From positions 1,428,001-1,492,000 of the forward strand of contig NC_087438.1 of NCBI RefSeq assembly GCF_036321535.1: a stretch of DNA of 64,000 bases. Direction: 5' to 3'. A model generated the notes under the pieces. That model saw only the letters and a program-made list of their open reading frames with translations. It was not told where the DNA came from and made no database searches. Each line of letters starts with the position of its first letter. The stretch's first letter is position 1. The stretch comes from Camelus dromedarius (taxonomy: Eukaryota). Below are positions 1-11,690 of this stretch, piece after piece. The position numbers and the translations under genes are program-made.

Positions 1-143
1 TGCTGGGTCATATGGTAAGTCTATTCCTAGTCTTTTGAGGAATCTCCACACTATTTTCCACAGTGGCTGCACCAAACTACACTTCCACCAAGAGTGTAGG
101 AGGGCTCCCTTTTCTCCACACCTTTTCCAGCATCTATTGTTTG
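1..143 (-). mobile_element. LINE-1 fragment (ORF2 3' region), inverted 5' part of a 5'-inverted L1; runs off the window start
   Basis: TGCTGGGTCATATGGTAAGTCTATT...TTGAGGAATCTCCACACTATTTTCCACAGTGGCTGCACCAAACTAC is the antisense of the conserved L1 ORF2 C-terminal region. Confidence 0.9.
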
Positions 144-551
144 ATATCTGAAAAGAAAAGAAAAAAGAGGACACTAATGAACTTATCCACAAAACAGAAA
201 CACACTCACAGACACAGTAAACAATCTTATGGGTACCAGGGAGAAGGGGTGGGAAGTGATAAATTTGGGAGTTTGAGATTTGCAAATATTAAATACTATA
301 CATAAAAACAGATAAGACATAAATTTATTCTGTAGACACAGGGAACTATATTTGATATCTTATAATAACATTTAATAAAGAGAATATGCCAATGAATGTA
401 TGTCTGTGTGTCTGTGCATGACCGGGGCGCTATGCTGTACATCGGAGATGGACACATTGTAACCGACTGCACTTCAACAAAGTAGGTAAATAAATAAATA
501 AACAAAAATTTAAAAATTATACAATAAAGTAAGATACATTAAAAAACAAAA
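144..551 (+). mobile_element. LINE-1 3' UTR with A-rich tail (young lineage-specific L1)
   Basis: ATGAACTTATCCACAAAACAGAAAC...CACAGGGAACTATATT...ATGCTGTACA...ACACATTGTAACCGACTGCACTTCAA followed by an A-rich/(TAAA)n tail; typical laurasiatherian L1 3' end. Confidence 0.9.
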
Positions 552-622
552 CACCACTACACTGTACACCAGAAATTAACACAAGTTGTAAACCGACTCT
601 ATTTCAATTGAAAGAAAAAAAA
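552..622 (+). mobile_element. Second L1 extreme 3' end (~70 bp) with A tail
   Basis: CACTACACTGTACACCAGAAATTAACACAAGTTGTAAACCGACTCTATTTCAAT plus A-run; the same terminal motif occurs at 4640-4695 and 52670-52725. Confidence 0.8.
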
Positions 623-3600
623 GCTCCCCAGCAACGTGTGCATGAGACGCCTGCGCTGGGAACCGCAGTTCAGGGCTGCGCTGCAGGGTGCTGGGGTGGC
701 CGCTGGCGAGCAGGCTCCGTTCGGGTGCAGCGGACGGAGCGATGCTCCCTACAGACATCCGCGGGCCCCCTCCAGGAGCCGAGACCGCGTCACCTCGTAT
801 GACAGAAGAACCGAAGACATTTAAGTTAACTGCCTTGAGATGGGGAGGTAAGACTTCACAGTCTGGGCGCCACCAACGCCGTCAGGGGGCTTACGATTCC
901 GGGGGCGAGCGTGGAGACAAGACAGGAGGGGGAGGCGGGGTCCAGGCCAGGACACGCTACTTCCTGGCTCAGAAGGTGGAGGATGCAGCCTCGAGCCGAG
1001 AGGGCAGCCGGCCTGGGAAAGCCAGCAGAGGCGGGACTGGCTGGTGCCCTGAGGCCACAGGAAGGAAGCAGCCCGCAACACCCTGACCTCACCCTTCCCC
1101 TGACGTCGGGGGATGGTCTGTGTTGTTTCACGCCAGCGTGTTGGTGAACTGGCAGCAGCAGCAGGAGGCCCAGACGCCAGGAGGCGGCGCGGCCGGCCAG
1201 ACGTCGGGGCGGAGGCAGTGGGCGGCCGAGGGGCTGCTCTCAGCCCTTGCCCGGCGGCCCCAGCTCGCACGACCTAAGCTCTGCGTCGTCCATAAAACTG
1301 CCTCTCCCTCTCCGCTGCTGCAGGTTTGGGGGCGAACCTCTATTTCCCCGGAAGGGTGTTCCCTGTTTATTTGGGCTCGTGGGGAGGACAAGGCTGAGGG
1401 TCCACTGTCTCTCTGCACCAGGGTCACGATCTGCTGCCTCCACAGCTGGCGTCCCAGCCGTGACTGCGGGGACTTCCAGGTGCGCGTCCTACAGCAGGCG
1501 CGCGGGTGACACAGGCCTGCTCTGGGTCTAACCCAGGACCCTTCGCTGCCTCAGCCAAGAGGCACCTGTAGAACCAGGCGCTGCGGCGTGTGCTGGTCTC
1601 TCAAGAGCGTGGCCGTGGGCGTCGGAAAGAGCTGGTTCCAAAGCCGCCTCCCTCCCAGGTGAGGGGACGAGGCTGCGGGGGGCGGGGGGCGGGGGGGGAG
1701 CAGGTGGTGCACTGAGCTCCACTCCACGTGCGCAGCCAGAGGTTTACTGCGGCTTTTAAAAACTGGAACCTCACCTGGTTGGTGACCACACTGTCGTACA
1801 GAACACGTGAGAAAGAACACGCACCATAAAATAAAGACACGCTGGGCCTTGCGTGACGTGTACGCTGTGACGTGCGCGACGGAGCACGTCGAATGTGATG
1901 CCACGGATGTGTGCGTGACTTCAGCGATTTTTCACCCCATCCTTGTGGCCGTAGTTTAGTCAGGAGACCCCCCACCCCTTTATTTAGGTTGTGACGCGTG
2001 GGTACTACTGGTTATAGCCATTTTTCCAACATCAGGCTACATAAAATCACCACAGAATCTCAACATACGTATAACATACGTGCACTTCCTGTGGGACGTA
2101 TGTTTGTGTATCGCCGAAAACTCTGTGTTCGGCGCATTTCTCTGAGTCCGTGCTCACTTCCTGCTGATCCCGGGCTGTGGGCGCCGCCGGGCTGAATTTC
2201 CACGACCACTGTAATTTTGTCGCCTCTCGGCCTCTGATCAGATACGGGGCATTGACAGCAAATTTGAACACGTGTTTCTCCCCTAGATTTTGACAGAGTG
2301 CCGTCATTTCCTGTGTAGGAACAGTCCAATTTCCTGCCCAGCATTTCAGGCTCCTCGGAGGGAACCGAGGATAAAATCTCCTGGCCGTCCTGAGTGTGGT
2401 TTGAACCCTGAAGTTGTCTGATGAAGGAAGTGATTGAATCCATTCTTTCCACCCCAGACTTAATGTCGAAATGATTACTCATCTCTCTGTTCATAAAGCT
2501 AATATTGCAGGCTGGGGCTGGAAATCTAATTAAAACCTCCTGTGGTTTTTAACTCTCTAGTGCCGGGCACAATTGGCTTTACGAAGGACACACGCCGGGT
2601 CTGCCTCTGTCCTTGACCCAACGCGGAGCCCTGGGTGCTGCTGGGGTTCTGGAAGGCGCCTGGGGCAGTGAGCCCACGACGGTGGAGAGAAAACCCTCAC
2701 GGGCCTGGGTCTGACCTCAGACGGCTCCACCCGGTCCCTGCAGCCCAGACTCACGCCTTGCAGACCGTGACCCCCCGTGTCTGGACCGAGCCAGAGACCA
2801 GTGGCTTCCGCACGGTAGCTAAGCAGAACCCCGTAAACTCTGGTGTCTTCAGCAGGAAAGGTCACTGTCTATAAACTGTCAGAGGAAGCCCTGAAACACC
2901 CCTTGAACGGCACACAAAACGCCTTTCACCGGCCAAAGACGAAGCGCGCCCTGCTCCGCCACTGCCCGCATCGCCTCGTCCGGAGAGCCCTCGGGCTCTC
3001 AGAAGATTAGCACGCATTCCTCCGGCGTCTCTTGCAGGAAGGAATGAAGGCCATAGATTTTCCATTTTTAACACGTGGGTTTCTGCTCACATTAGCACAA
3101 AGTGAATTCTTTCGTGTGATTCACGCCCCTAAGAAAATAAAGACCATGGACGCGTGTTAGTGTCTTAGAGGTCACAGCGAGCTCTCCAAATCTGATTTTC
3201 TCAGAGTTGTCAAATCAATCTCACCTTCACCCTAACGGTGCCAAACAGGCATCGTCTCCGTTTTCTAGTAACTCTGCAGGGAACCCGCGGACAGAAGCCG
3301 GCTCAGGACGAGGGCTCAGAGAGAACGAGTGTCTCAGTGCCATGTTGGGAGGGGTTCCCCCCGACGGTCACTATGGTGACCAAACCCCAGGAACGTTTCC
3401 TGCCACCAGCGTCGCTCAGCGCGAACAGCGCCCGAGGAGGGCGCGGCACCTGCACGGGACACCGCAGGGCGGGGAGGGAGAGGACTCACAGGGCAGGGCC
3501 CCCGACGGCGCCCAAAGGCAGCCTTCAGTCCTCCTCGGCTGACGGAGTATGTGTCATTGGTGACAAGAACCTTGTTTTGATTTTTTTAAGTTGAAGATGG

Positions 3601-4179
3601 ATTTGTTTTTTTAAAATCTCAGCAGCAAATTAAAGTGGAGGAAGCAGACCCTGGCCCTCCCTGTGCTCCGTCCAGCCACGCGCAGCGTGAGAGCTCTGGA
3701 TGCCCAGCCGCCTCTGCGCCAGCCCGCGGGAGAAGCTGGAGGACGCGGGCACCGGCTGGGTCCCCGGGGGACGCTGCCGCAGCCTGTGCGTCCAGTTGGC
3801 ACCTTCTGTTTACAGGCCCCTGCGATCACAGCAGGGGAAACAGCCAGCAGATCTGGGCTGGGAGGGCCCGGGTTCACCGCAGCCGAGCCGGGCGCGTGCA
3901 GGGAGCGCTCTGAGCCCGAGGGGCTCGAGTCAGCACCGCAGACGTGAGGTCCGGGGTCGGACCCCCCGCCCTCCTGCCCACCGGTCACAGGCTTAACAGC
4001 CTCCAGCCCGTCAGCAGGGGGTTCAGCGTTCACCCCCCTCCCCTGCGTGGTCTGTCGGCGCCCCCCTCCCTGCCGCGGCCTCCGCCAGGGGCTCTGCAGA
4101 CGGACGGACCGCAAGGGCAGGGCGACGCCCAGAGCCCAGCCCTTGGTGGGGAGGTGGCAGCTCCGTCCTCTGTTCAAAA

Positions 4180-4439
4180 AGCACCTCTTTATCCAGTCAT
4201 CTGCCCAAGGACGCTCAGGCTGCTCCCACATCTGGGCTGTTGTAAACAGCGCTGCTATGAACGCTGGGCTGCGAGTGTCTTTTCAAATTAGAGTTTTCTC
4301 TGGATACACGCCCAGGAGTGGGATTGCTGGGTCGTATGCGGAGTCTATTTTTAATTTTTTGAGGACTCTCCACGCTGTCCTCCATAGTGGCTGCACCAAA
4401 CTGCGCCCACCAACAGTGTGGGGGGGGGCCCTTTCACCA
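4180..4439 (-). mobile_element. LINE-1 ORF2 3' fragment, inverted part of a 5'-inverted L1
   Basis: The minus-strand ORF 4283-4513 reads LVQPLWRTAWRVLKKLKIDSAYDPAIPLLGVYPEKT, matching the L1 ORF2p C-terminus (LVQPLWKTVWRFLKKLKIELPYDPAIPLLGIYP). Confidence 0.92.
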
Positions 4440-4700
4440 TCAGACTTCTGGTTGCCGAAGGGGAAAGGGCAAAGGGCAAAGGGGTATGTTAGGGGTGTGG
4501 GATCACCAGACACACACTACTGAATACAAAATAGATGAGCAGCAAGGGCCTGCTGTACGCCACAGGGGACTATATTCAATGTCTTCTAATAGCCTATAAT
4601 CTAAAAAACGTGAAGTCGAATATATATTTATAACTGAATCACTGTGCTGTGCACCAGAAACTAACACAACGTTGTAAATCAACTACACTTTAAAAGAAGA
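4440..4700 (+). mobile_element. LINE-1 3' UTR
   Basis: CACAGGGGACTATATTCAATGTCTT...ACTGAATCACTGTGCTGTGCACCAGAAACTAACACAACGTTGTAAATCAACTACACTT, a canonical L1 3' terminus. Confidence 0.9.
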
Positions 4701-5188
4701 CCAGAAACCAAAACAAGCGCCGAGCCATCCCATTTCCTGCAGGCTGACTGTCCCCTCTCAAGTGAAAACGCACAGTACCAAGGCGGGGCGAGGGGCTCTG
4801 GGCGGGTCCAAGTCTCTGCCGAGGGCAGTCGCTGCATGAGAGTCCCGGCTTATCCCTGGTAGATCTATTCTCATTTTCATACCCTGGCAAGACACTCCTC
4901 CTTTTTAACGTTTTCCATTTTTGAGTCACCGCTTGCTTCTTAGAGGACCTCTGTCCTCTGTAAGGACGGCCCACTAGGAACAGGACGAACCATCCCGGGT
5001 GTCTGGGAGCAATGCCTGCCGCATGGGGTGCTGGAGGGAACAGGGCCTGCAAGCCGGTTACCCAGACCCACGATAGCGAGCCGCAGACGCAGAGATGGAG
5101 TCTCACTGACGGCGTTCGTGGGGACCAGGCTGGGCAGGGAGCGGTGGCTCGGGGGCAGTGTCCATGTCCACAAACCCAACTTTGTGAG

Positions 5189-5710
5189 TGTTGTCAGAAC
5201 ACGGCCTCCATACCCCACTTACCGAATTGAAATTTGAGGACAGAGTTTGGGTGAAGTAGAAGAGGCCGCTTTATATCTTTGCAGGCAAAGGAGGTCACAG
5301 TGGGCTGACGCCTCCAAGACGGTGAGCCTGCTGGGTAGAGAGACAGGGGGTTTTATAGAAAAAATTCAAGAGTTCACGGGGCAGAGCTAGTCTCCATAGA
5401 GACCACACACAGGGTAACAAACTCGCAAAGCTGTTCATGTTTTCCCAGATGCAGGGGTCCCCTTCCCTCTGCTGGGCATGAAGTTCACCTTTGGCTTTGG
5501 GACTCTCTCAATATTCTTGTGCTGAAACAAGCGGCTCCGTGGAAAAGGGCTCTAGAGAAAAACTTGTACAGTTTAAAGTCAGGTTGATAAATGCTTTTAG
5601 CCTTTTAAGCAGCCTGAGGCCTGGGCTCTCCTGCTTTAGTCTGAGGCCTGCAGCTTGAACAACAGGATACAAGGAAACCATGAGGCGTTAAGAGGAGGGC
5701 ACTGGGGTCA
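5189..5710 (-). mobile_element. Probable ERV1-class solo LTR
   Basis: Begins TGTTG and ends GTCA (TG...CA). Contains GACAGAGTTTGGGTGAAGTAGAAGAGGCCGCTTTATATCTTTGCAGGCAAAGGAGG, resembling the antisense R/U5 (polyA region) of cetartiodactyl ERV1 LTRs. Right boundary uncertain. Confidence 0.65.
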
Positions 5711-7529
5711 GGAGCAGAGCGCTGGGGGCAAGAGCAGGGTGGCCCCTGCATGCAGCACCATGAGGGGGTTGGCAGACCACCCAAGCCTCCCTCCCCTCCA
5801 GGCCAGCCCTGCTCAGCAAGAGCACGAGAAAAACTGTTGAAACCATCATACAGTTAGGCAGTTACAAACACCATTGCAGATCTCAGGTGGTCCCCAATGA
5901 CAAGAGGGTTCTGCTCAGTTACGTGAGGTCACAAGGACCAGAGCTGAACACCGTCACCTTCAGGGGCTCTGCTTCCAGCAACCGTGGGGGCTCGATAATT
6001 TCACCATGAATAGACTACTTACAATCTTCTGTTTTTCCATAATAATAGTTCATATACTTTGAGATTTCCTGGACATATATATTGTAAGCTTTTATGAAGT
6101 TCAAAATAGATTTGTAATTTTCTTGCTCTCTGATGATAACAAACTAGTATTTTACTAGCAAAACTGCAGATGAATGCATGACCTCAGACTAAAGGATGTG
6201 CACTTAAAATAAATGCATTTTCCTTTCTGGAAACACACTTGACCTTCTTCGTCTGGCCCTGGGGCTGTTTCTTCAAGGAGTGTTTGAGGATCTTCAGTAA
6301 TCTCCGGTGACTGCAGGAACCGGAGGATTAAGAAGAGGGCTCTTCGTGGAAGAGGCTGCGTTCTCCAGGTCTCCCCGGCAGGGTTGGTGCAGGGTGTTGG
6401 GCTGGAAGCAGGGCTGTTTCGGTCGTGAACGTACCAGGCGCGGCAGCCCTCCGTGCTCGGGGCCCTGGCTGTCCGCCTGCCTTTCCTAGCAGGTGAGCGC
6501 TGCCCTGGGGTCTTGTATCCCCAGGGCTCCACCCTTCTCACTGACGAGGGGCCCTTCAAAATCGCATCCTCACTCCACCCCCAGCTGGCAGGGAGACGTT
6601 CTTAGTGCTCCCAAACGTCTTAGCCAATTGCCCAGGGATAGTTTTGGCTGGGGATGCAGGTCTGAGTGGCGTCTCCATTACACAATCACATTATAGAGAT
6701 TCGGACCTGGGTCCCAGCTCTGCCTCCCAGGCCTGTTTGAGGTGCCTATTCCTTTCCAGTTTTTTTTTTTTTGAGACATTATTTTGAAAAATCACTTACA
6801 AAGCAAGCTAAATGTGTTGTAATGACATCTGTCATTAATTTCTAGCGTCTCCTCAATCCTCTTCTAAACATGGGAAAATATTTGTGCTTTCTGCAGAACA
6901 TGACACATTAGACAACGCCTTTCCTAGTTCCTTTTGTGGCTTTTACAGCTGAAGCCCATCTTCAGCTCCGGATTTAAATAGAAAGTCACATAGGCACTCA
7001 GAGAATATTGCTCACTGTTTCGTAGAAAACGGAATGACGCCTCCTGCGGGCAGAGCGGGGACCAGACCCGCGATCAGAGGTTGTTCTCTGAGTTTGGTTG
7101 CTTTACTTCAGTCAGTGAACCTACAGAAACAGCTCGCAACTTACAGCTCTGTCAGGTTCCAGACCCCAGGCGAGCCCTAGAGTGTGGGGCAGCTGGCAGC
7201 GCGTCTTACAGGGGATCGACGGGGGACACGCACACACACACGCACGCACACACTTCGAAATCAGGAAGAGTGCTTGTTTGCATCTGGGTTTTTTTTTTTA
7301 ACTCATTTTTAAAATTTGTCCAAAAGTAATTTTAAAATAGTGTCAGTACATGTATTTCTTGCAACTTTGGTCCTTGGGGACAAGGTCACCATTCTTAGGT
7401 GTGATGCAGGGACCTTGCACTGCACACTTTCTCCCTCATGTCATCCCCTCACAAATGTCACCTCCTGGGAACGTGCTGGTGAGCTGTGCCATCCTGGGTT
7501 TGATAACACACACCGAGGGCTGCAATCCA

Positions 7530-7845
7530 GAAGTCCATGGGTCTTTTCTGTTTTGTAAAAAAAGTTCATTTGTGTCATTTTTTTATGTCTACCCATAAGT
7601 TTGTCTTTTTGTTTTGTTTTGTTTTGTTTTCATTCTACATAAAAGTGATGTGTGATGTTTGTCTCTGTCTGATTTACTGATCCACTTAGTGTGATCATCT
7701 CCAGATTCATCCATGTTGCTGCAAATGGCATTACCTTTTCTACGGCTGAGTAGTATTCCATTGTGTATGTGCACCACACCTTCTCTATCCAGCCATCTGT
7801 CGATGGACGTTTAGGTTGCTTCCACGTCTGGGCTGTTGTAATCTG
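7530..7845 (-). mobile_element. LINE-1 fragment (ORF2 end/3' UTR) with internal (TTTTG)n
   Basis: TTCATCCATGTTGCTGCAAATGGCATT...GGCTGAGTAGTATTCCATTGTGTATG; the minus-strand ORF reads WKQPKRPSTDGWIEKVWCTYTMEYYSAVEK...FAATWMNLE, the L1 ORF2p C-terminus. Confidence 0.92.
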
Positions 7846-9164
7846 TGTATGAGAACCCAGAAGGCAGTTGTGTCTGGGCATCCCCACCCAGTCCCTGCTT
7901 ATGAGCTACAACACTATGTGCGGGCCACCGATAAGGTCATGGAACCTTAACGTTCAAAGCCATCCGTGTCGTGTATCAGCCCAGCCCACCTTTGGTTGCT
8001 GTTGCTCTGACACCAGGGTTTAAATAACTCGGATTTCCTGCCATTTAGTTCTTGACTTCGTCCTGCTCTAAACCTTCTCTGGATTTTCACTGACCAGGCG
8101 GCTGCCAGGATTCCACACGGGGACCCGGCAAGCACTTTGCTGATGCCGAGGACTCAGCAGCCGCAGGTCTGTGGAGGGCTGTGGGTGCCGTGTGCTGCTG
8201 GAGGCTCCCTTCTGTAGGTCTCAGTGCCCCTTCTGCAGGGAGAGGCTGTCCTGGGGTGGCTGCAGGAGAGTCTCTGTCAGGACCCAGGCAGGGCTGCCCC
8301 TTCAGCACTTCCTGCCACTGGTCAGACGTGGCTGAGCCCACCTTCTCACTTCATGCTCTGAGCCATCTGTGGTTGCAGCCTTTGTAATCTCAGCATCGCG
8401 TGTGTGTGAGGGGCAGGGCCCTGCAGGCAGGTGAAGAAGGCCGGCTGCCACCTGCTCCCCAGGGGAGACCCTCCCTCCCCCGGAGCCCATCCCCACCCTG
8501 TCCTGGGAGGAACTCGAGTTCTCGAAGACCAGATGCCACTGAGCCTCTTCGCAAGACCCTCAGGAAGGGTGACAGGTCATTCCCTTCACCTCTCTCTGCC
8601 TCACTCTCCTTCTCTTTCAGTGTGAATGACCCAGATCCGCAGAGGGAATGAGGGGAGAGTTGGACCACGAGGCTACGAGCAGCCCCAGAAGGTCTCACTT
8701 GTGGAACACGGGCTGGGGAGCCTTCATTTATCTGGCATTTTCACTAACCGTGCAGGCTTTGGATGTGGACAGGCAGACTTCAGGAAGAATGGCTTTATTT
8801 GCTTAGTGTATCTATTTCTGCAGGCCTGGCGTCTACACTCGCTGTGGTGTTGATGAGCACAAGGCGGGCACAGGCTGACTGCTGCATGGAAGCAACGCCT
8901 TCTGTCCACCCCGAGCTCCTTGGCTCTCAGGGTCTGAACTGGCCCTCCTGAAGGCTGTTGGGAAGATGCCCGTGTTCATGAGGGTCACCTGCCCACACCA
9001 GCCCTGCCTCCCTGTCCTGTCGCCCCCGACACCAGCTCCCTGCCTCCCGTCTCCCGGGGCAGGACGAGGAGGGCCTTGGCTCGGGCCACGTGAACCTTCA
9101 CTGAGCCCGGGTGGAGCTCGTGCCGTTCACTGGCAAGTGTGGAAAACACAACACAACACGACAC

Positions 9165-10205
9165 AGCCCTCAGAACCCCCTGGCTACCTCTGGCTTTTCA
9201 CTGTCTCCACACTTCAGCCTTTTCCAGGGGGTGTCACAGCTGGAGTCGTTCACGCAGCCTTTGCAGATCAGCTTCCTACACTCGGCACCGTGCAGTTAGG
9301 TTTCCTCCATGTCCTCGCGCGGCCTGACAGCTCATCCCTGCCCAGTGCCAGTAACTTCCCTCTGTCCGACGGTCCACAGTTCCTTTACCTTTTCACCTCC
9401 TGAAGGGCTCCTTGGCTACTTTAATCCTGGCAATTCTGAATAAAGCTGCTATGAGCGTCGTAGGCGGGAGTTCGTGTGGACACGCGTTTTCAGCTCCTTG
9501 GGGAGATACCCAGAGCCGAGCCGCTGGAGCGCAGGTCAGAGGACGTCGCTTTTGTGAGAAACCGCCACGCTGTCTCCCAAAGGGGCCGCGCCGTCCCGCG
9601 CCCGCTCCAGCGACAGGGGCGAGCTCCCGCTGCCCCGCGCCCCTGCCGGCGTCTCACGGCGCCAGCGCTCTGGGCTCCGTCCGCGCTCGGCGGTGTGTGG
9701 TGGCGCCTCGTTGCTGCTTTATCTGCGTTTCCCGGACGGCAAAGCTGTGGGAGGTCCTCTTGCTTACCTGCCGTCCGCGTCTCTCATCTGGTGAGGTGTC
9801 TGTTAAGGTCTTTGGCTCATTTCTTTAAATGGAGTTTTTTTTATTGTTGACTTTTAGGAAATCTTCATATGGTTCGGGTAATAGTCCTTCACTGCGTGCG
9901 TCTTTTGCAGATATCTTCTCCCACTCCGTGGCTTGTCCTCTCGTTTTGGACATTGACTGTGACAGAGCAGGTTTTTCATTTTAAGGGCATCTGCTTAGCC
10001 GTTATGTCTTTCATGGACGGCGACTTTGATGTTGTGTCTGGAAAGTCATCACCAAGCCCAGGGCTTCTCCTGTGCTGTCTTCTGGGAGCTTCACGCTTTC
10101 ACAGTTTGCATGTAGGGCTGTGCTGTTTTGAGTTAGCTTCTGTGAAAGGTGTGTGGTCTGCGTCTGGGTTCGCCTTCTCTGCGTGGATGTCTAGTGTCCC
10201 AGGAC
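9165..10205 (-). mobile_element. Old LINE-1 (L1MC-like) 3' region, strongly GC-shifted
   Basis: GGCAATTCTGAATAAAGCTGCTATGAGC, GTGTGGACACGCGTTTTCAGCTCCTTGGG, TTTTGTGAGAAACCGCCACGCTGTCTCCCAAAG and GGTGAGGTGTCTGTTAAGGTCTTTGGCTCATTT are collinear with antisense L1MC-type sequence. Confidence 0.85.
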
Positions 10206-10744
10206 CACCCTTTGACTTTTGTGCGTTAGCCTTGTGTTGTTATGGTAACCCTGATCCCATGTTTCACCCTTCATTTTGAACCTGAGATTAAAAGGCTGTC
10301 CTTTGGCAGCTGAAAGAAACTCTGAGCTCTATGAGAGCAACTGCTCCCAGTTTTCAGGTGGATTAAGGAAGAAATCAGGTAAATCATATTAAAATTACAG
10401 ACTTGCAAAAGCAATTAAAAAAAAAACAGACTGACAAAGACTAAGAAAGTACATCTTAAAATCCATTACTGACTAAAACATGGACTTTCTGATGATTTTT
10501 TACAACAAACTTGACTCCGAGGAAAACTGAACTTGTTAAAACCCATGACCACAGGAGCAAACTCTTTTTTCACTTTTTTATTTTTACCTGGAAAACCATT
10601 TATCCCCGTGAAAATCATTTCAAGAAGATGAAATCTGACAACTGTGTTCAGTGACAACTAGACTGAGGAGCGACCTTGGCTTGACTCACTTGGTCTGTAG
10701 AGCATGTTCCCGAAGAATATCACATCAAAATAACCCTGCAGCGG

Positions 10745-10960
10745 TGAGGGCTTGGGCTCAGGACGCAGACCCCGTGTTCCAAGCCCACCTCTGCTGGGTA
10801 CTTCTGTCTCCTGGAAGTTACTGGAACTTTCTGGACCTCTTTCCTTCATCTGCAAAGTGAGAATGATGGCACAGAAGCTGTTAAAGTGGCAGGAGGTGAC
10901 ATACATAACATGGTTGGAAAATTGCCTGGCCCAGAGCAAGGGCCCCGTTGGTTATTACTC
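10745..10960 (+). mobile_element. MIR SINE
   Basis: Core CTCTTTCCTTCATCTGCAAAGTGAGAATGAT and 3' part TGCCTGGCCCAGAGCAAGGGC...TTATTACT. Confidence 0.7.
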
Positions 10961-11074
10961 ACTAAAGGGCAGAAAATGTTTCTGTGTTTGCGAGCTAGGG
11001 TGGAAACGCCAGCTCTCCGCTCAGGGCAAGACCGTGACGTCCCTCCACCTTCTAGACGGTCAGATGGCTCTCTG

Positions 11075-11690
11075 GCCATCTTGTTATTTTTTCTCCTTCT
11101 GCTTGTTTTGGTTTTAATTTACTCTTCTCTTTCTGGTTTCTTATGACAGTAGCTTAGGTCATCAGATTGAAAGCTTTATTCTTTTCTAATATAGCCATTT
11201 TCACACTATAAATTTCTTTTTAAGTAAGTGGTTAGCTGTATCACACATGACTTTTTTATTTCATTCAATTGAAAATATTTTTTCAATCTCTTTTTATTAT
11301 CTTTCATCCATGAGTTATTTCTTGGAACAGTGTATAGTTGTCTTTTTAAAATTAAGCTCGATTTAATAATCTCTGCCTTTTAGACCATTTACATTTAATG
11401 TAGTTATGGAAGTTGTTGCATGTACATCTATCATTTTATTATTTTTGTTTGTTTCTTCTGGTTTTTTGTTCTTCTGTTTCCCCTTTCTTGCTTCCTTCTG
11501 GATTATCTGAATGTAGATGAATAGATAGATAGAGGTACATATACGCAGGCATAGCAATACAGGTATAGTAACAAATATCTGTATATCTTAGTAATCTAGC
11601 ACTTAGTAATATAAGGTTACTATTCTATTTCAACGGGCTAGATTTTTGCTATATTTCTTGTATCATTTTTTCAGTGGTAGAGTTTTGTTA
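11075..11690 (-). mobile_element. Ancient L1 (L1M/L1ME-like) fragments
   Basis: T-rich antisense L1 motifs, e.g. TTTAATTTACTCTTCTCTTTCTGGTTTCTT...CTATAAATTTC and TTTAGACCATTTACATTTAATGTAGTTAT. Confidence 0.6.

Noticed and set aside
1790..2115. Cluster of CACGTG/TGACGT (E-box/CRE-like) motifs
   Set aside because: More simply explained as a formerly AT-rich (CATA/TATG) stretch or old transposon shifted to CpG; I could not assign a family or function.
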